The notes beneath the pieces are model-generated. The model was not told the origin of the DNA, ran no database searches, and worked only from the letters and a program-made list of their open reading frames with translations. 64,000 bases of DNA from Escherichia coli (GTDB lineage Bacteria > Pseudomonadota > Gammaproteobacteria > Enterobacterales > Enterobacteriaceae). The DNA is taken from the NCBI RefSeq assembly GCF_003334335.1, contig NZ_QOWQ01000014.1; one strand, given 5' to 3'. Shown in pieces: positions 1 to 10,221 of the stretch. Positions within the stretch are counted from its first letter, which is position 1; every line of letters starts with the position of its first letter. A program made the position numbers and the translations under genes.

Positions 1-2622
1 GATCACGTACAAAAAGGCGAGATCAACGTCGGTGCGAAGCTGGTCGTTCTCGGCGGCCCGGCAATGAACATCGGTCTTGGCGGTGGTGCAGCGTCTTCTA
101 TGGCGTCTGGTCAGTCTGATGCCGACCTCGACTTTGCTTCCGTACAGCGCGACAACCCGGAGATGGAGCGTCGCTGCCAGGAAGTGATCGACCGTTGCTG
201 GCAGCTTGGTGATGCCAACCCAATCCTGTTTATCCACGACGTTGGCGCTGGCGGTCTTTCTAACGCCATGCCGGAACTGGTGAGCGACGGCGGGCGCGGC
301 GGTAAATTTGAACTGCGCGAGATTCTAAGCGACGAACCGGGCATGAGCCCGCTGGAAATCTGGTGTAACGAATCCCAGGAACGCTACGTGCTGGCGGTTG
401 CTGCCGATCAATTACCGCTGTTTGACGAACTGTGTAAGCGTGAGCGCGCACCCTACGCGGTGATTGGTGAAGCGACCGAAGAACTGCATCTTTCTCTGCA
501 CGATCGTCATTTTGATAATCAGCCGATCGATCTGCCGCTGGACGTCCTGCTTGGTAAAACGCCGAAGATGACCCGCGATGTACAAACGCTGAAAGCGAAA
601 GGCGACGCGCTGGCCCGTGAAGGGATCACCATTGCAGACGCGGTGAAACGTGTGCTGCATCTGCCGACTGTGGCGGAAAAAACCTTCCTGGTGACCATTG
701 GCGACCGCAGCGTAACCGGCATGGTAGCGCGCGATCAGATGGTGGGGCCGTGGCAGGTGCCGGTCGCTAACTGCGCGGTCACTACCGCCAGCCTCGACAG
801 CTACTACGGTGAAGCGATGGCGATTGGCGAGCGTGCGCCGGTTGCGCTGCTGGATTTCGCCGCCTCTGCCCGTCTGGCGGTCGGTGAAGCGTTAACCAAC
901 ATCGCCGCAACACAAATTGGCGATATCAAACGCATCAAACTTTCCGCCAACTGGATGGCGGCGGCAGGCCACCCTGGTGAAGATGCGGGCCTGTATGAAG
1001 CCGTTAAAGCCGTGGGCGAAGAGCTTTGTCCGGCGCTGGGCCTGACGATCCCGGTGGGTAAAGACTCCATGTCGATGAAAACCCGCTGGCAGGAAGGTAA
1101 CGAAGAGCGCGAAATGACGTCGCCGCTGTCGCTGGTGATTTCTGCATTTGCCCGCGTGGAAGATGTACGTCACACCATCACGCCGCAGCTTTCTACCGAA
1201 GATAACGCACTGCTGCTGATTGATTTGGGCAAAGGCAATAACGCGCTGGGCGCAACGGCGCTGGCGCAGGTTTATCGTCAGCTTGGCGACAAACCGGCAG
1301 ATGTACGCGATGTCGCGCAACTGAAAGGCTTCTATGACGCGATTCAGGCGCTGGTTGCACAGCGTAAGCTGCTGGCGTATCACGACCGCTCTGATGGCGG
1401 CCTGCTGGTAACGCTGGCGGAAATGGCCTTTGCTGGTCATTGTGGCATTGACGCGGATATCGCCACTCTGGGTGACGATCGCCTGGCGGCGTTGTTTAAC
1501 GAAGAACTGGGTGCGGTGATTCAGGTTCGTGCCGCTGACCGTGAAGCGGTCGAGTCCGTACTGGCACAGCATGGGCTTGCTGATTGTGTCCATTATGTAG
1601 GGCAGGCGGTTTCCGGTGACCGTTTTGTGATTACCGCCAACGGGCAGACTGTATTCAGCGAAAGCCGCACCACGTTGCGTGTCTGGTGGGCAGAAACTAC
1701 CTGGCAGATGCAGCGCCTGCGTGACAACCCGGAGTGTGCCGATCAGGAGCATCAGGCGAAATCTAACGACGCCGATCCGGGCCTGAATGTAAAACTGTCG
1801 TTCGATATCAACGAAGATGTGGCAGCACCGTATATTGCCACTGGCGCACGTCCGAAAGTTGCCGTACTGCGTGAGCAGGGCGTGAACTCGCATGTTGAAA
1901 TGGCGGCAGCTTTCCACCGTGCAGGCTTTGATGCTATCGACGTGCATATGAGTGACCTGCTGACCGGACGCACGGGCCTGGAAGATTTCCACGCCCTGGT
2001 CGCGTGCGGTGGTTTCTCCTACGGTGATGTGCTGGGTGCCGGTGAAGGTTGGGCGAAGTCAATCCTGTTCAATGACCGTGTACGCGATGAGTTTGCAACC
2101 TTCTTCCACCGTCCGCAAACGCTGGCGCTGGGGGTATGTAACGGTTGCCAGATGATGTCTAATCTGCGTGAACTGATCCCAGGTAGTGAGTTGTGGCCAC
2201 GTTTTGTGCGCAATACCTCCGATCGCTTTGAAGCGCGTTTCAGCCTGGTTGAAGTAACCCAAAGCCCGTCTCTGCTGTTGCAGGGGATGGTGGGCTCGCA
2301 AATGCCGATTGCTGTCTCTCATGGTGAAGGGCGCGTGGAAGTGCGTGATGCGGCGCATCTGGCGGCACTGGAAAGCAAAGGGCTGGTGGCACTGCGCTAT
2401 GTCGATAACTTCGGCAAAGTCACTGAAACCTACCCGGCTAACCCGAACGGTTCACCGAACGGTATTACGGCAGTCACGACTGAAAGTGGTCGAGTCACCA
2501 TTATGATGCCGCACCCGGAACGTGTTTTCCGTACTGTCAGCAACTCCTGGCATCCGGAAAACTGGGGCGAGGATGGCCCATGGATGCGCATTTTCCGCAA
2601 TGCGCGTAAGCAGTTGGGGTAA
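1..2622 (+). CDS. purL: phosphoribosylformylglycinamidine (FGAM) synthase, C-terminal ~870 codons; 5' end lies upstream of the window
   Basis: Frame 1 is open from nt 1 to TAA at 2620-2622 (ORF track 64..2622); the translation ([28 protein letters not shown]..., C-terminal amidotransferase region with GVCNGCQ) is recognisable as PurL. Confidence 0.95.
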   Translation, partial: DHVQKGEINVGAKLVVLGGPAMNIGLGGGAASSMASGQSDADLDFASVQRDNPEMERRCQEVIDRCWQLGDANPILFIHDVGAGGLSNAMPELVSDGGRGGKFELREILSDEPGMSPLEIWCNESQERYVLAVAADQLPLFDELCKRERAPYAVIGEATEELHLSLHDRHFDNQPIDLPLDVLLGKTPKMTRDVQTLKAKGDALAREGITIADAVKRVLHLPTVAEKTFLVTIGDRSVTGMVARDQMVGPWQVPVANCAVTTASLDSYYGEAMAIGERAPVALLDFAASARLAVGEALTNIAATQIGDIKRIKLSANWMAAAGHPGEDAGLYEAVKAVGEELCPALGLTIPVGKDSMSMKTRWQEGNEEREMTSPLSLVISAFARVEDVRHTITPQLSTEDNALLLIDLGKGNNALGATALAQVYRQLGDKPADVRDVAQLKGFYDAIQALVAQRKLLAYHDRSDGGLLVTLAEMAFAGHCGIDADIATLGDDRLAALFNEELGAVIQVRAADREAVESVLAQHGLADCVHYVGQAVSGDRFVITANGQTVFSESRTTLRVWWAETTWQMQRLRDNPECADQEHQAKSNDADPGLNVKLSFDINEDVAAPYIATGARPKVAVLREQGVNSHVEMAAAFHRAGFDAIDVHMSDLLTGRTGLEDFHALVACGGFSYGDVLGAGEGWAKSILFNDRVRDEFATFFHRPQTLALGVCNGCQMMSNLRELIPGSELWPRFVRNTSDRFEARFSLVEVTQSPSLLLQGMVGSQMPIAVSHGEGRVEVRDAAHLAALESKGLVALRYVDNFGKVTETYPANPNGSPNGITAVTTESGRVTIMMPHPERVFRTVSNSWHPENWGEDGPWMRIFRNARKQLG

Positions 2623-2680
2623 GTCGTCAGCCCATTGGTTTTGCAGCCCGGATGCGGCATTAAGCACCAACCACTATCAT

Positions 2681-2706
2681 AAGCTCCCAACTCCGGGAGC
2701 TTTTTT
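2681..2706 (+). terminator. intrinsic terminator downstream of purL
   Basis: GC hairpin gctccc/gggagc (2683-2688 / 2695-2700) followed by T6 at 2701-2706, 59 nt after the purL stop. Confidence 0.65.
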
Positions 2707-2707
2707 G

Positions 2708-2725
2708 TGTCTGTAAATCACGACA
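2708..2725. promoter_or_regulatory. GlrR-type activator binding site (TGTC-N10-GACA), distal
   Basis: tgtc (2708-2711) + 10 nt + gaca (2722-2725); first of three identically spaced inverted repeats upstream of the glmY sigma54 promoter. Confidence 0.6.
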
Positions 2726-2740
2726 ATGGGTGGTTTGCCG

Positions 2741-2758
2741 TGTCGCTTTCTGGCGACA
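2741..2758. promoter_or_regulatory. GlrR-type activator binding site (TGTC-N10-GACA), middle
   Basis: tgtc (2741-2744) + 10 nt + gaca (2755-2758). Confidence 0.6.
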
Positions 2759-2803
2759 CTTAACTCATTGATTTTAATATTATCTAATAAGTTTATCTTA
2801 AGT

Positions 2804-2821
2804 TGTCTCTTTTTAGCGACA
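2804..2821. promoter_or_regulatory. GlrR-type activator binding site (TGTC-N10-GACA), proximal
   Basis: tgtc (2804-2807) + 10 nt + gaca (2818-2821); about 100 nt upstream of the sigma54 -24 element, with an AT-rich stretch between (2761-2800) that could bend DNA. Confidence 0.6.
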
Positions 2822-2910
2822 CAGTGGCTGATTTACATTCAAACAGCGGAGGAGACATAAACCCCTCAAAGCAACGTATAATCAGTACGTTACCAAACTA
2901 TTTTCTTTAT

Positions 2911-2930
2911 TGGCACAGTTACTGCATAAT
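2911..2930 (+). promoter_or_regulatory. sigma54 (-24/-12) promoter of glmY overlapping a sigma70-type -10
   Basis: TGGCAC-N5-CTGCA with GG at 2912-2913 and GC at 2924-2925 (exact GG-N10-GC spacing); tgcataat at 2923-2930 is an overlapping extended -10-like element. Confidence 0.75.
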
Positions 2931-2937
2931 AGTAACC

Positions 2938-3121
2938 AGTGGCTCATTCACCGACTTATGTCAGCCCCTTCGGGACGTGCTACATAAAATACGAATGACG
3001 CACAACAAGGTGCCTGCCGTCCAACTTCTGATATCAGCGTAGCTATATCAACCATCGGGCGAAACGTCGAGTTAGGCACCGCCTTATTCCATAACAAAGC
3101 CGGGTAATTCCCGGCTTTGTT
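2938..3121 (+). ncRNA. glmY: small RNA GlmY (regulator of the GlmZ/glmS cascade)
   Basis: Begins about 12 nt after the sigma54 -12 element (agtggctcattcacc...), ends at intrinsic terminator hairpin aaagccggg/ccggcttt (3096-3118) plus a U-rich tail; contains no plausible ORF; sits directly upstream of glrK as in E. coli. Sequence recognised from memory, not verified by alignment. Confidence 0.8.
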
Positions 3122-3179
3122 GTATCTGAACTTCCCCTCGGTTAGCATCAGGCTATTCGCGTCTGACGAGAGTAACACC

Positions 3180-4607
3180 TTGAAACGCTGGCCCGTTTTT
3201 CCCCGCTCATTACGACAACTGGTAATGCTGGCATTTTTGCTGATTCTGCTGCCCCTGTTGGTGCTGGCATGGCAAGCCTGGCAAAGCCTGAATGCGCTTA
3301 GCGATCAGGCGGCGCTGGTTAACCGCACTACGCTTATTGATGCCCGGCGCAGTGAAGCGATGACCAACGCGGCGCTGGAGATGGAGCGTAGTTACCGTCA
3401 GTATTGCGTGCTGGACGACCCAACCCTGGCGAAGGTTTATCAAAGCCAGCGCAAGCGTTACAGCGAAATGCTCGATGCCCACGCAGGCGTGCTGCCGGAC
3501 GATAAACTCTACCAGGCATTACGTCAGGATTTGCACAATCTGGCTCAACTTCAGTGTAACAACAGCGGTCCCGATGCTGCCGCCGCCGCACGTCTTGAAG
3601 CCTTTGCCAGTGCCAATACCGAAATGGTACAGGCCACGCGCACAGTGGTGTTCTCTCGTGGGCAGCAGCTTCAGCGTGAAATCGCCGAACGTGGGCAATA
3701 TTTTGGTTGGCAATCGCTGGTGCTATTTCTGGTGAGTCTGGTAATGGTACTGCTTTTCACGCGGATGATTATCGGGCCGGTGAAAAATATCGAGCGCATG
3801 ATCAACCGTCTGGGGGAAGGGCGTTCTCTGGGCAATAGCGTCTCGTTCAGTGGACCGAGCGAGTTACGCTCGGTTGGGCAACGTATTCTTTGGTTAAGTG
3901 AGCGCCTGTCATGGCTGGAATCCCAACGCCATCAATTTTTAAGACATTTATCTCATGAATTAAAAACGCCACTGGCGAGTATGCGCGAGGGCACTGAATT
4001 ACTGGCTGACCAGGTTGTCGGGCCGCTTACGCCAGAGCAAAAAGAGGTGGTGAGCATTCTTGATAGCAGCAGCCGCAATTTGCAAAAACTGATCGAACAA
4101 CTGCTTGATTACAACCGTAAACAGGCGGACAGTGCGGTGGAACTGGAGAATGTTGAGTTAGCACCGCTGGTGGAGACAGTGGTTTCTGCTCATAGCCTGC
4201 CCGCACGGGCTAAAATGATGCATACCGACGTCGATCTCAAAGCAACAGCTTGCCTGGCGGAGCCAATGCTGCTGATGAGCGTACTGGATAATCTTTACTC
4301 CAATGCGGTGCACTACGGGGCTGAATCCGGTAACATTTGCCTTCGCAGCAGTTTACATGGTGCGCGGGTTTATATTGATGTCATCAATACAGGCACGCCC
4401 ATTCCGCAAGAGGAACGCGCCATGATCTTCGAACCCTTTTTTCAGGGAAGCCACCAGCGAAAAGGGGCGGTGAAGGGCAGCGGTCTGGGATTAAGCATTG
4501 CCAGGGATTGTATTCGCCGTATGCAAGGGGAACTGTATCTGGTCGACGAGAGCGGGCAAGACGTTTGTTTCCGCATTGAATTACCGTCGTCGAAAAACAC
4601 GAAATAA
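3180..4607 (+). CDS. glrK: sensor histidine kinase of the GlrK/GlrR (QseE/QseF) two-component system
   Basis: ORF track 3117..4607; product has TM segment, HAMP, H-box (LSHELKTPL) and ATPase G-boxes (GSGLGLSIA). Start placed at TTG 3180 (475 codons, clears the glmY terminator); TTG 3117 and ATG 3225 are alternatives. Confidence 0.85.
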   Translation: MKRWPVFPRSLRQLVMLAFLLILLPLLVLAWQAWQSLNALSDQAALVNRTTLIDARRSEAMTNAALEMERSYRQYCVLDDPTLAKVYQSQRKRYSEMLDAHAGVLPDDKLYQALRQDLHNLAQLQCNNSGPDAAAAARLEAFASANTEMVQATRTVVFSRGQQLQREIAERGQYFGWQSLVLFLVSLVMVLLFTRMIIGPVKNIERMINRLGEGRSLGNSVSFSGPSELRSVGQRILWLSERLSWLESQRHQFLRHLSHELKTPLASMREGTELLADQVVGPLTPEQKEVVSILDSSSRNLQKLIEQLLDYNRKQADSAVELENVELAPLVETVVSAHSLPARAKMMHTDVDLKATACLAEPMLLMSVLDNLYSNAVHYGAESGNICLRSSLHGARVYIDVINTGTPIPQEERAMIFEPFFQGSHQRKGAVKGSGLGLSIARDCIRRMQGELYLVDESGQDVCFRIELPSSKNTK

Positions 4608-4771
4608 TGCTAACAGCCTATCCTATCAGGCTATTTTATTTGTCAGTTCGGCCCCGGGCAGTGCTCGAAATCTTCACGTACGATATGTACGCTCCGGTTT
4701 CTCCGCGCTGTCCATGTCCAGACTGTCTGCAACAATTACGCCCACTGGGATAGGCTTTAAGTCTGGTGAAT

Positions 4772-5485
4772 ATGCGACACATTTTTCAACGATTATTGCC
4801 CCGACGGCTGTGGCTGGCAGGGCTGCCATGTCTGGCATTGCTGGGTTGCGTGCAGAATCACAATAAGCCAGCCATTGATACGCCAGCAGAAGAAAAAATT
4901 CCGGTTTATCAACTGGCTGACTATCTTTCTACTGAATGTAGCGACATCTGGGCGCTGCAAGGTAAATCAACCGAAACCAATCCGCTTTACTGGCTGCGGG
5001 CGATGGATTGTGCTGATCGTTTAATGCCTGCGCAGTCGCGTCAGCAAGCTCGCCAATATGACGACGGCAGCTGGCAAAATACCTTTAAACAAGGGATTTT
5101 GCTCGCCGACGCCAAAATTACGCCGTATGAGCGCCGCCAGCTGGTCGCGCGTATTGAAGCGTTAAGTACCGAGATCCCGGCACAGGTTCGCCCACTGTAT
5201 CAACTCTGGCGCGATGGTCAGGCGCTGCAACTGCAACTGGCGGAAGAGCGCCAACGTTACAGTAAACTCCAGCAGTCCAGCGACAGCGAGCTGGATACAT
5301 TGCGCCAGCAACATCACGTTCTACAGCAGCAACTGGAACTCACCACCCGCAAGCTGGAAAACCTGACCGATATTGAACGCCAGCTCTCGACCCGCAAACC
5401 GGCTGGAAATTTCTCGCCGGATACGCCGCACGAGAGTGAAAAGCCCGCGCCATCCACCCATGAGGTCACTCCTGATGAGCCATAA
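4772..5485 (+). CDS. qseG: outer-membrane lipoprotein accessory to the GlrK/GlrR system (YfhG/QseG)
   Basis: ORF track 4766..5485; start taken at ATG 4772; signal peptide with lipobox (LLGC); C-terminal coiled-coil-like Q/L-rich region. Confidence 0.85.
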   Translation: MRHIFQRLLPRRLWLAGLPCLALLGCVQNHNKPAIDTPAEEKIPVYQLADYLSTECSDIWALQGKSTETNPLYWLRAMDCADRLMPAQSRQQARQYDDGSWQNTFKQGILLADAKITPYERRQLVARIEALSTEIPAQVRPLYQLWRDGQALQLQLAEERQRYSKLQQSSDSELDTLRQQHHVLQQQLELTTRKLENLTDIERQLSTRKPAGNFSPDTPHESEKPAPSTHEVTPDEP

Positions 5486-6809
5486 ACCTGCGCATTTATT
5501 ATTGGTCGATGACGATCCGGGATTGCTGAAACTGCTTGGCCTGCGCCTGACCAGCGAAGGCTACAGTGTGGTCACGGCGGAAAGTGGCGCTGAAGGATTA
5601 CGGGTACTGAATCGCGAAAAAGTAGATTTAGTCATCAGCGACCTGCGGATGGATGAAATGGACGGTATGCAGCTGTTTGCTGAAATCCAGAAAGTGCAGC
5701 CGGGAATGCCGGTAATTATTCTTACCGCGCATGGTTCTATTCCCGATGCCGTTGCTGCAACACAGCAGGGCGTTTTTAGTTTCCTCACCAAGCCTGTCGA
5801 CAAAGACGCGCTATATCAGGCAATTGACGATGCGCTGGAGCAATCCGCGCCAGCCACCGATGAACGCTGGCGCGAGGCAATTGTCACCCGCAGCCCGCTG
5901 ATGCTGCGTTTGCTGGAACAGGCGCGGCTGGTGGCGCAATCAGACGTCAGCGTTTTGATTAACGGTCAGAGCGGCACCGGGAAAGAGATTTTCGCCCAGG
6001 CTATCCACAACGCCAGCCCGCGCAACAGCAAACCATTTATTGCTATTAACTGTGGCGCATTGCCCGAGCAATTGCTGGAGTCGGAGCTGTTTGGTCATGC
6101 GCGTGGCGCGTTTACTGGCGCTGTCAGCAATCGCGAAGGTTTATTCCAGGCGGCGGAAGGCGGAACGCTATTTCTCGATGAAATTGGCGATATGCCTGCG
6201 CCGTTACAGGTCAAACTGCTGCGCGTGTTGCAGGAGCGTAAAGTGCGCCCGCTGGGCAGTAACCGCGATATTGATATCAATGTGCGGATTATTTCTGCCA
6301 CTCACCGTGATCTGCCAAAAGCGATGGCGCGCGGGGAATTCCGCGAAGATCTCTATTACCGCCTCAACGTTGTCAGCCTGAAAATTCCGGCACTGGCGGA
6401 GCGCACAGAAGACATTCCGCTACTGGCAAATCACCTGTTGCGCCAGGCGGCAGAGCGACATAAACCGTTTGTCCGCGCGTTCTCTACCGATGCGATGAAA
6501 CGCCTGATGACCGCGAGCTGGCCGGGTAATGTGCGCCAGTTGGTCAACGTGATTGAACAGTGCGTGGCGCTGACCTCATCTCCGGTGATTAGTGATGCGC
6601 TGGTGGAGCAGGCGCTGGAGGGTGAAAATACGGCGCTGCCAACCTTTGTTGAGGCACGTAATCAGTTTGAACTCAACTATTTGCGTAAGCTGCTGCAAAT
6701 CACCAAAGGCAACGTCACCCACGCGGCGAGAATGGCGGGGCGCAACCGGACAGAATTTTATAAACTGCTTTCCCGACACGAGCTGGATGCAAACGATTTC
6801 AAGGAATGA
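5475..6809 (+). CDS. glrR: sigma54-dependent response regulator GlrR (receiver + AAA+ + HTH)
   Basis: ORF track 5373..6809; start taken at ATG 5475 ([14 protein letters not shown]...), overlapping the qseG 3' end by 11 nt; Walker A GQSGTGKE and GAFTGA motif present. Confidence 0.9.
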   Translation: MSHKPAHLLLVDDDPGLLKLLGLRLTSEGYSVVTAESGAEGLRVLNREKVDLVISDLRMDEMDGMQLFAEIQKVQPGMPVIILTAHGSIPDAVAATQQGVFSFLTKPVDKDALYQAIDDALEQSAPATDERWREAIVTRSPLMLRLLEQARLVAQSDVSVLINGQSGTGKEIFAQAIHNASPRNSKPFIAINCGALPEQLLESELFGHARGAFTGAVSNREGLFQAAEGGTLFLDEIGDMPAPLQVKLLRVLQERKVRPLGSNRDIDINVRIISATHRDLPKAMARGEFREDLYYRLNVVSLKIPALAERTEDIPLLANHLLRQAAERHKPFVRAFSTDAMKRLMTASWPGNVRQLVNVIEQCVALTSSPVISDALVEQALEGENTALPTFVEARNQFELNYLRKLLQITKGNVTHAARMAGRNRTEFYKLLSRHELDANDFKE

Positions 6810-6833
6810 ATTGGCGTTATGTGTTACGTTTAG

Positions 6834-7208
<375 letters not shown>

Positions 7209-7220
7209 ACCGCGTCAAGG

Positions 7221-7246
7221 GTTGCCGGATGTTTCCATCCGGCAAC
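7221..7246. terminator. perfect 11-bp hairpin between convergent glnB and hmp (probable shared terminator)
   Basis: gttgccggatg / catccggcaac with 4-nt loop; sits 12 nt after the glnB stop and 6 nt after the hmp stop; flanking U-tracts are weak. Confidence 0.45.
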
Positions 7247-7252
7247 ATCAAA

Positions 7253-8443
7253 TTACAGCACCTTATGCGGGCCAAAGCATTCGTAATGAATGTTTTCCTG
7301 CTTCACGCCCAGATCCACTAACTGTTTCGCGGTAAACTGCATGAAGCCAACCGGGCCGCAGAGATAGAACTGCATTGTCGGATCGCTGAACGCACCTTCC
7401 AGTTTGCTCAAATCCATCAGACCTTCGCTATCAAACTGACCTTTAGCGCGATCGGCTTCGCTCGGCTGACGATACCAGGTGTGCGCGGTAAAGCGCGGCA
7501 GTGACTGCCCCAGTTCCTTAACTTCATCGGCAAAGGCGTGAACATCGCCATTTTCTGCCGCATGGAACCAGTTCACTTGTGCTGTGTGGCCTGCTTTTGC
7601 CAGCGTGTCGAGCATTGCCAGCATTGGCGTTTGACCAACACCGGCAGAGATTAACGTCACTGGTGTGTCATCTGCGACAGCCATAAAGAAATCACCTGCC
7701 GGAGCGACCAGTTTCACGACATCGCCAACATTGGCGTGATTGTGCAACCAGTTGGATACCTGCCCACCCTCTTCGCGTTTCACCGCAATACGATAGCCTT
7801 TGCCATCCGGTTTGCGAGTCAAAGAGTACTGACGAATTTCCTGATGTGGGAAACCTTCCGGCTTCAGCCAGACGCCGAGATATTGCCCCGGACGGTATTC
7901 TGCCACTGCGCCACCGTCGACCGGCTCCAGTTCGAAGCTGGTGATAAGCGCGCTGCGCGGTGTTTTAGCCACAATGCGGAAATCGCGAGTACCTTCCCAA
8001 CCACCGGCTTTGCTGGCGTTTTCGTTATAGATTTCCGCCTCGCGATTGATAAATACATTAGCCAGTACACCATAGGCTTTACCCCACGCGTCCAGCACTT
8101 CCTGCCCCGGGCTGAACATTTCGTCCAGCGTTGCCAACAGGTGTTCACCGACGATGTTGTACTGTTCCGGTTTGATCTGGAAGCTGGTGTGCTTCTGCGC
8201 GATTTTTTCTACCGCTGGCAGCAGCGCAGGCAGGTTTTCAATATTACTGGCGTAGGCGGCAATAGCGTTAAACAGGGCTTCACGTTGATCGCCATTACGC
8301 TGGTTACTCATGTTAAAAATTTCTTTGAGTTCTGGGTTATGAGTAAACATACGGTCGTAGAAATGGGCGGTTAACTTTGGCCCCGTTTCCACCAGTAAAG
8401 GGATGGTGGCTTTTACTGTAGCGATGGTTTGAGCGTCAAGCAT
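7253..8443 (-). CDS. hmp: flavohemoglobin (NO dioxygenase)
   Basis: ORF track 7253..8464 (-); start taken at the internal ATG giving [17 protein letters not shown]... (396 aa); globin, FAD and NAD domains recognisable. Confidence 0.95.
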
Positions 8444-8460
8444 ATGGTCTTCCTTTTTTT

Positions 8461-8492
8461 GCATCTTAATTGATGTATCTCAAATGCATCTT
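8461..8492 (-). promoter_or_regulatory. NsrR-type operator palindrome in the hmp promoter
   Basis: Minus-strand reading aagatgcatttgagatacatcaattaagatgc: imperfect inverted repeat of AAGATGCATTT-like half-sites immediately upstream of the hmp start. Confidence 0.55.
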
Positions 8493-8770
8493 ATAAAAAA
8501 TAGCCCTGCAATGTAAATGGTTCTTTGGTGTTTTTCAGAAAGAATGTGATGAAGTGAAAAATTTGCATCACAAACCTGAAAAGAAATCCGTTTCCGGTTG
8601 CAAGCTCTTTATTCTCCAAAGCCTTGCGTAGCCTGAAGGTAATCGTTTGCGTAAATTCCTTTGTCAAGACCTGTTATCGCACAATGATTCGGTTATACTG
8701 TTCGCCGTTGTCCAACAGGACCGCCTATAAAGGCCAAAAATTTTATTGTTAGCTGAGTCAGGAGATGCGG

Positions 8771-10024
8771 ATGTTAAAGCGTGAAATGAACATTGCCGAT
8801 TATGATGCCGAACTGTGGCAGGCTATGGAGCAGGAAAAAGTACGTCAGGAAGAGCACATCGAACTGATCGCCTCCGAAAACTACACCAGCCCGCGCGTAA
8901 TGCAGGCGCAGGGTTCTCAGCTGACCAACAAATATGCTGAAGGTTATCCGGGCAAACGCTACTACGGCGGTTGCGAGTATGTTGATATCGTTGAACAACT
9001 GGCGATCGATCGTGCGAAAGAACTGTTCGGCGCTGACTACGCTAACGTCCAGCCGCACTCCGGCTCCCAGGCTAACTTTGCGGTCTACACCGCGCTGCTG
9101 GAACCAGGTGATACCGTTCTGGGTATGAACCTGGCGCATGGCGGTCACCTGACTCACGGTTCTCCGGTTAACTTCTCCGGTAAACTGTACAACATCGTTC
9201 CTTACGGTATCGATGCTACCGGTCATATCGACTACGCCGATCTGGAAAAACAAGCCAAAGAACACAAGCCGAAAATGATTATCGGTGGTTTCTCTGCATA
9301 TTCCGGCGTGGTGGACTGGGCGAAAATGCGTGAAATCGCTGACAGCATCGGTGCTTACCTGTTCGTTGATATGGCGCACGTTGCGGGCCTGGTTGCTGCT
9401 GGCGTCTACCCGAACCCGGTTCCTCATGCTCACGTTGTTACTACCACCACTCACAAAACCCTGGCGGGTCCGCGCGGCGGCCTGATCCTGGCGAAAGGTG
9501 GTAGCGAAGAGCTGTACAAAAAACTGAACTCTGCCGTTTTCCCTGGTGGTCAGGGCGGTCCGTTGATGCACGTAATCGCCGGTAAAGCGGTTGCTCTGAA
9601 AGAAGCGATGGAGCCTGAGTTCAAAACTTACCAGCAGCAGGTCGCTAAAAACGCTAAAGCGATGGTAGAAGTGTTCCTCGAGCGCGGCTACAAAGTGGTT
9701 TCCGGCGGCACTGATAACCACCTGTTCCTGGTTGATCTGGTTGATAAAAACCTGACCGGTAAAGAAGCAGACGCCGCTCTGGGCCGTGCTAACATCACCG
9801 TCAACAAAAACAGCGTACCGAACGATCCGAAGAGCCCGTTTGTGACCTCCGGTATTCGTGTAGGTACTCCGGCGATTACCCGTCGCGGCTTTAAAGAAGC
9901 CGAAGCGAAAGAACTGGCTGGCTGGATGTGTGACGTGCTGGACAGCATCAATGATGAAGCCGTTATCGAGCGCATCAAAGGTAAAGTTCTCGACATCTGC
10001 GCACGTTACCCGGTTTACGCATAA
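8771..10024 (+). CDS. glyA: serine hydroxymethyltransferase
   Basis: ORF track 8765..10024; start ATG 8771 preceded by GGAG (8761-8764); [23 protein letters not shown]...; PLP-lysine motif [14 protein letters not shown]. Confidence 0.95.
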
Positions 10025-10063
10025 GCGAAACGGTGATTTGCTGTCAATGTGCTCGTTGTTCAT

Positions 10064-10161
10064 GCCGGATGCGGCGTGAACGCCTTATCCGGCCTACAAA
10101 ACTTTGCAAATTCAATATATTGCAATCTCCGTGTAGGCCTGATAAGCGTAGCGCATCAGGC
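10064..10161. repeat. BIME (two inverted REP palindromes with spacer)
   Basis: gccggatgcggcgtgaacgccttatccggcctac ... gtaggcctgataagcgtagcgcatcaggc; near-identical to the cluster at 39121-39216. Confidence 0.8.
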
Positions 10162-10221
10162 AATTTTTCGTTTATGATCATCAAGGCTTCCTTCGGGAAG
10201 CCTTTCTACGTTATCGCGCCA

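Noticed and set aside
892-1992. 366-aa minus-strand ORF antisense to purL; similar long antisense ORFs at 8774-10063 (glyA), 32662-33540 (iscS), 44522-45052 (yfhM), 56045-56776 (bamB), 60120-60875 and 60876-61535 (guaB), 61649-62512 (guaA)
   Set aside because: Shadow ORFs on the strand opposite well-recognised, conserved genes; no RBS or promoter context, low-complexity Arg/Gln-rich translations typical of antisense frames in GC-rich coding DNA
5373-5474. 5'-extended starts offered by the ORF track for glrR (5373), and likewise for glrK (3117), hcaR (25289), yphG (11440), iscS (32632), hscA (35198), pepB (37742), sseA (41852), der (56792), guaB (60048), yfgJ (58337)
   Set aside because: The extensions overlap upstream genes, terminators or promoters, lack Shine-Dalgarno sequences, and the internal starts give the conserved N-termini and canonical protein lengths
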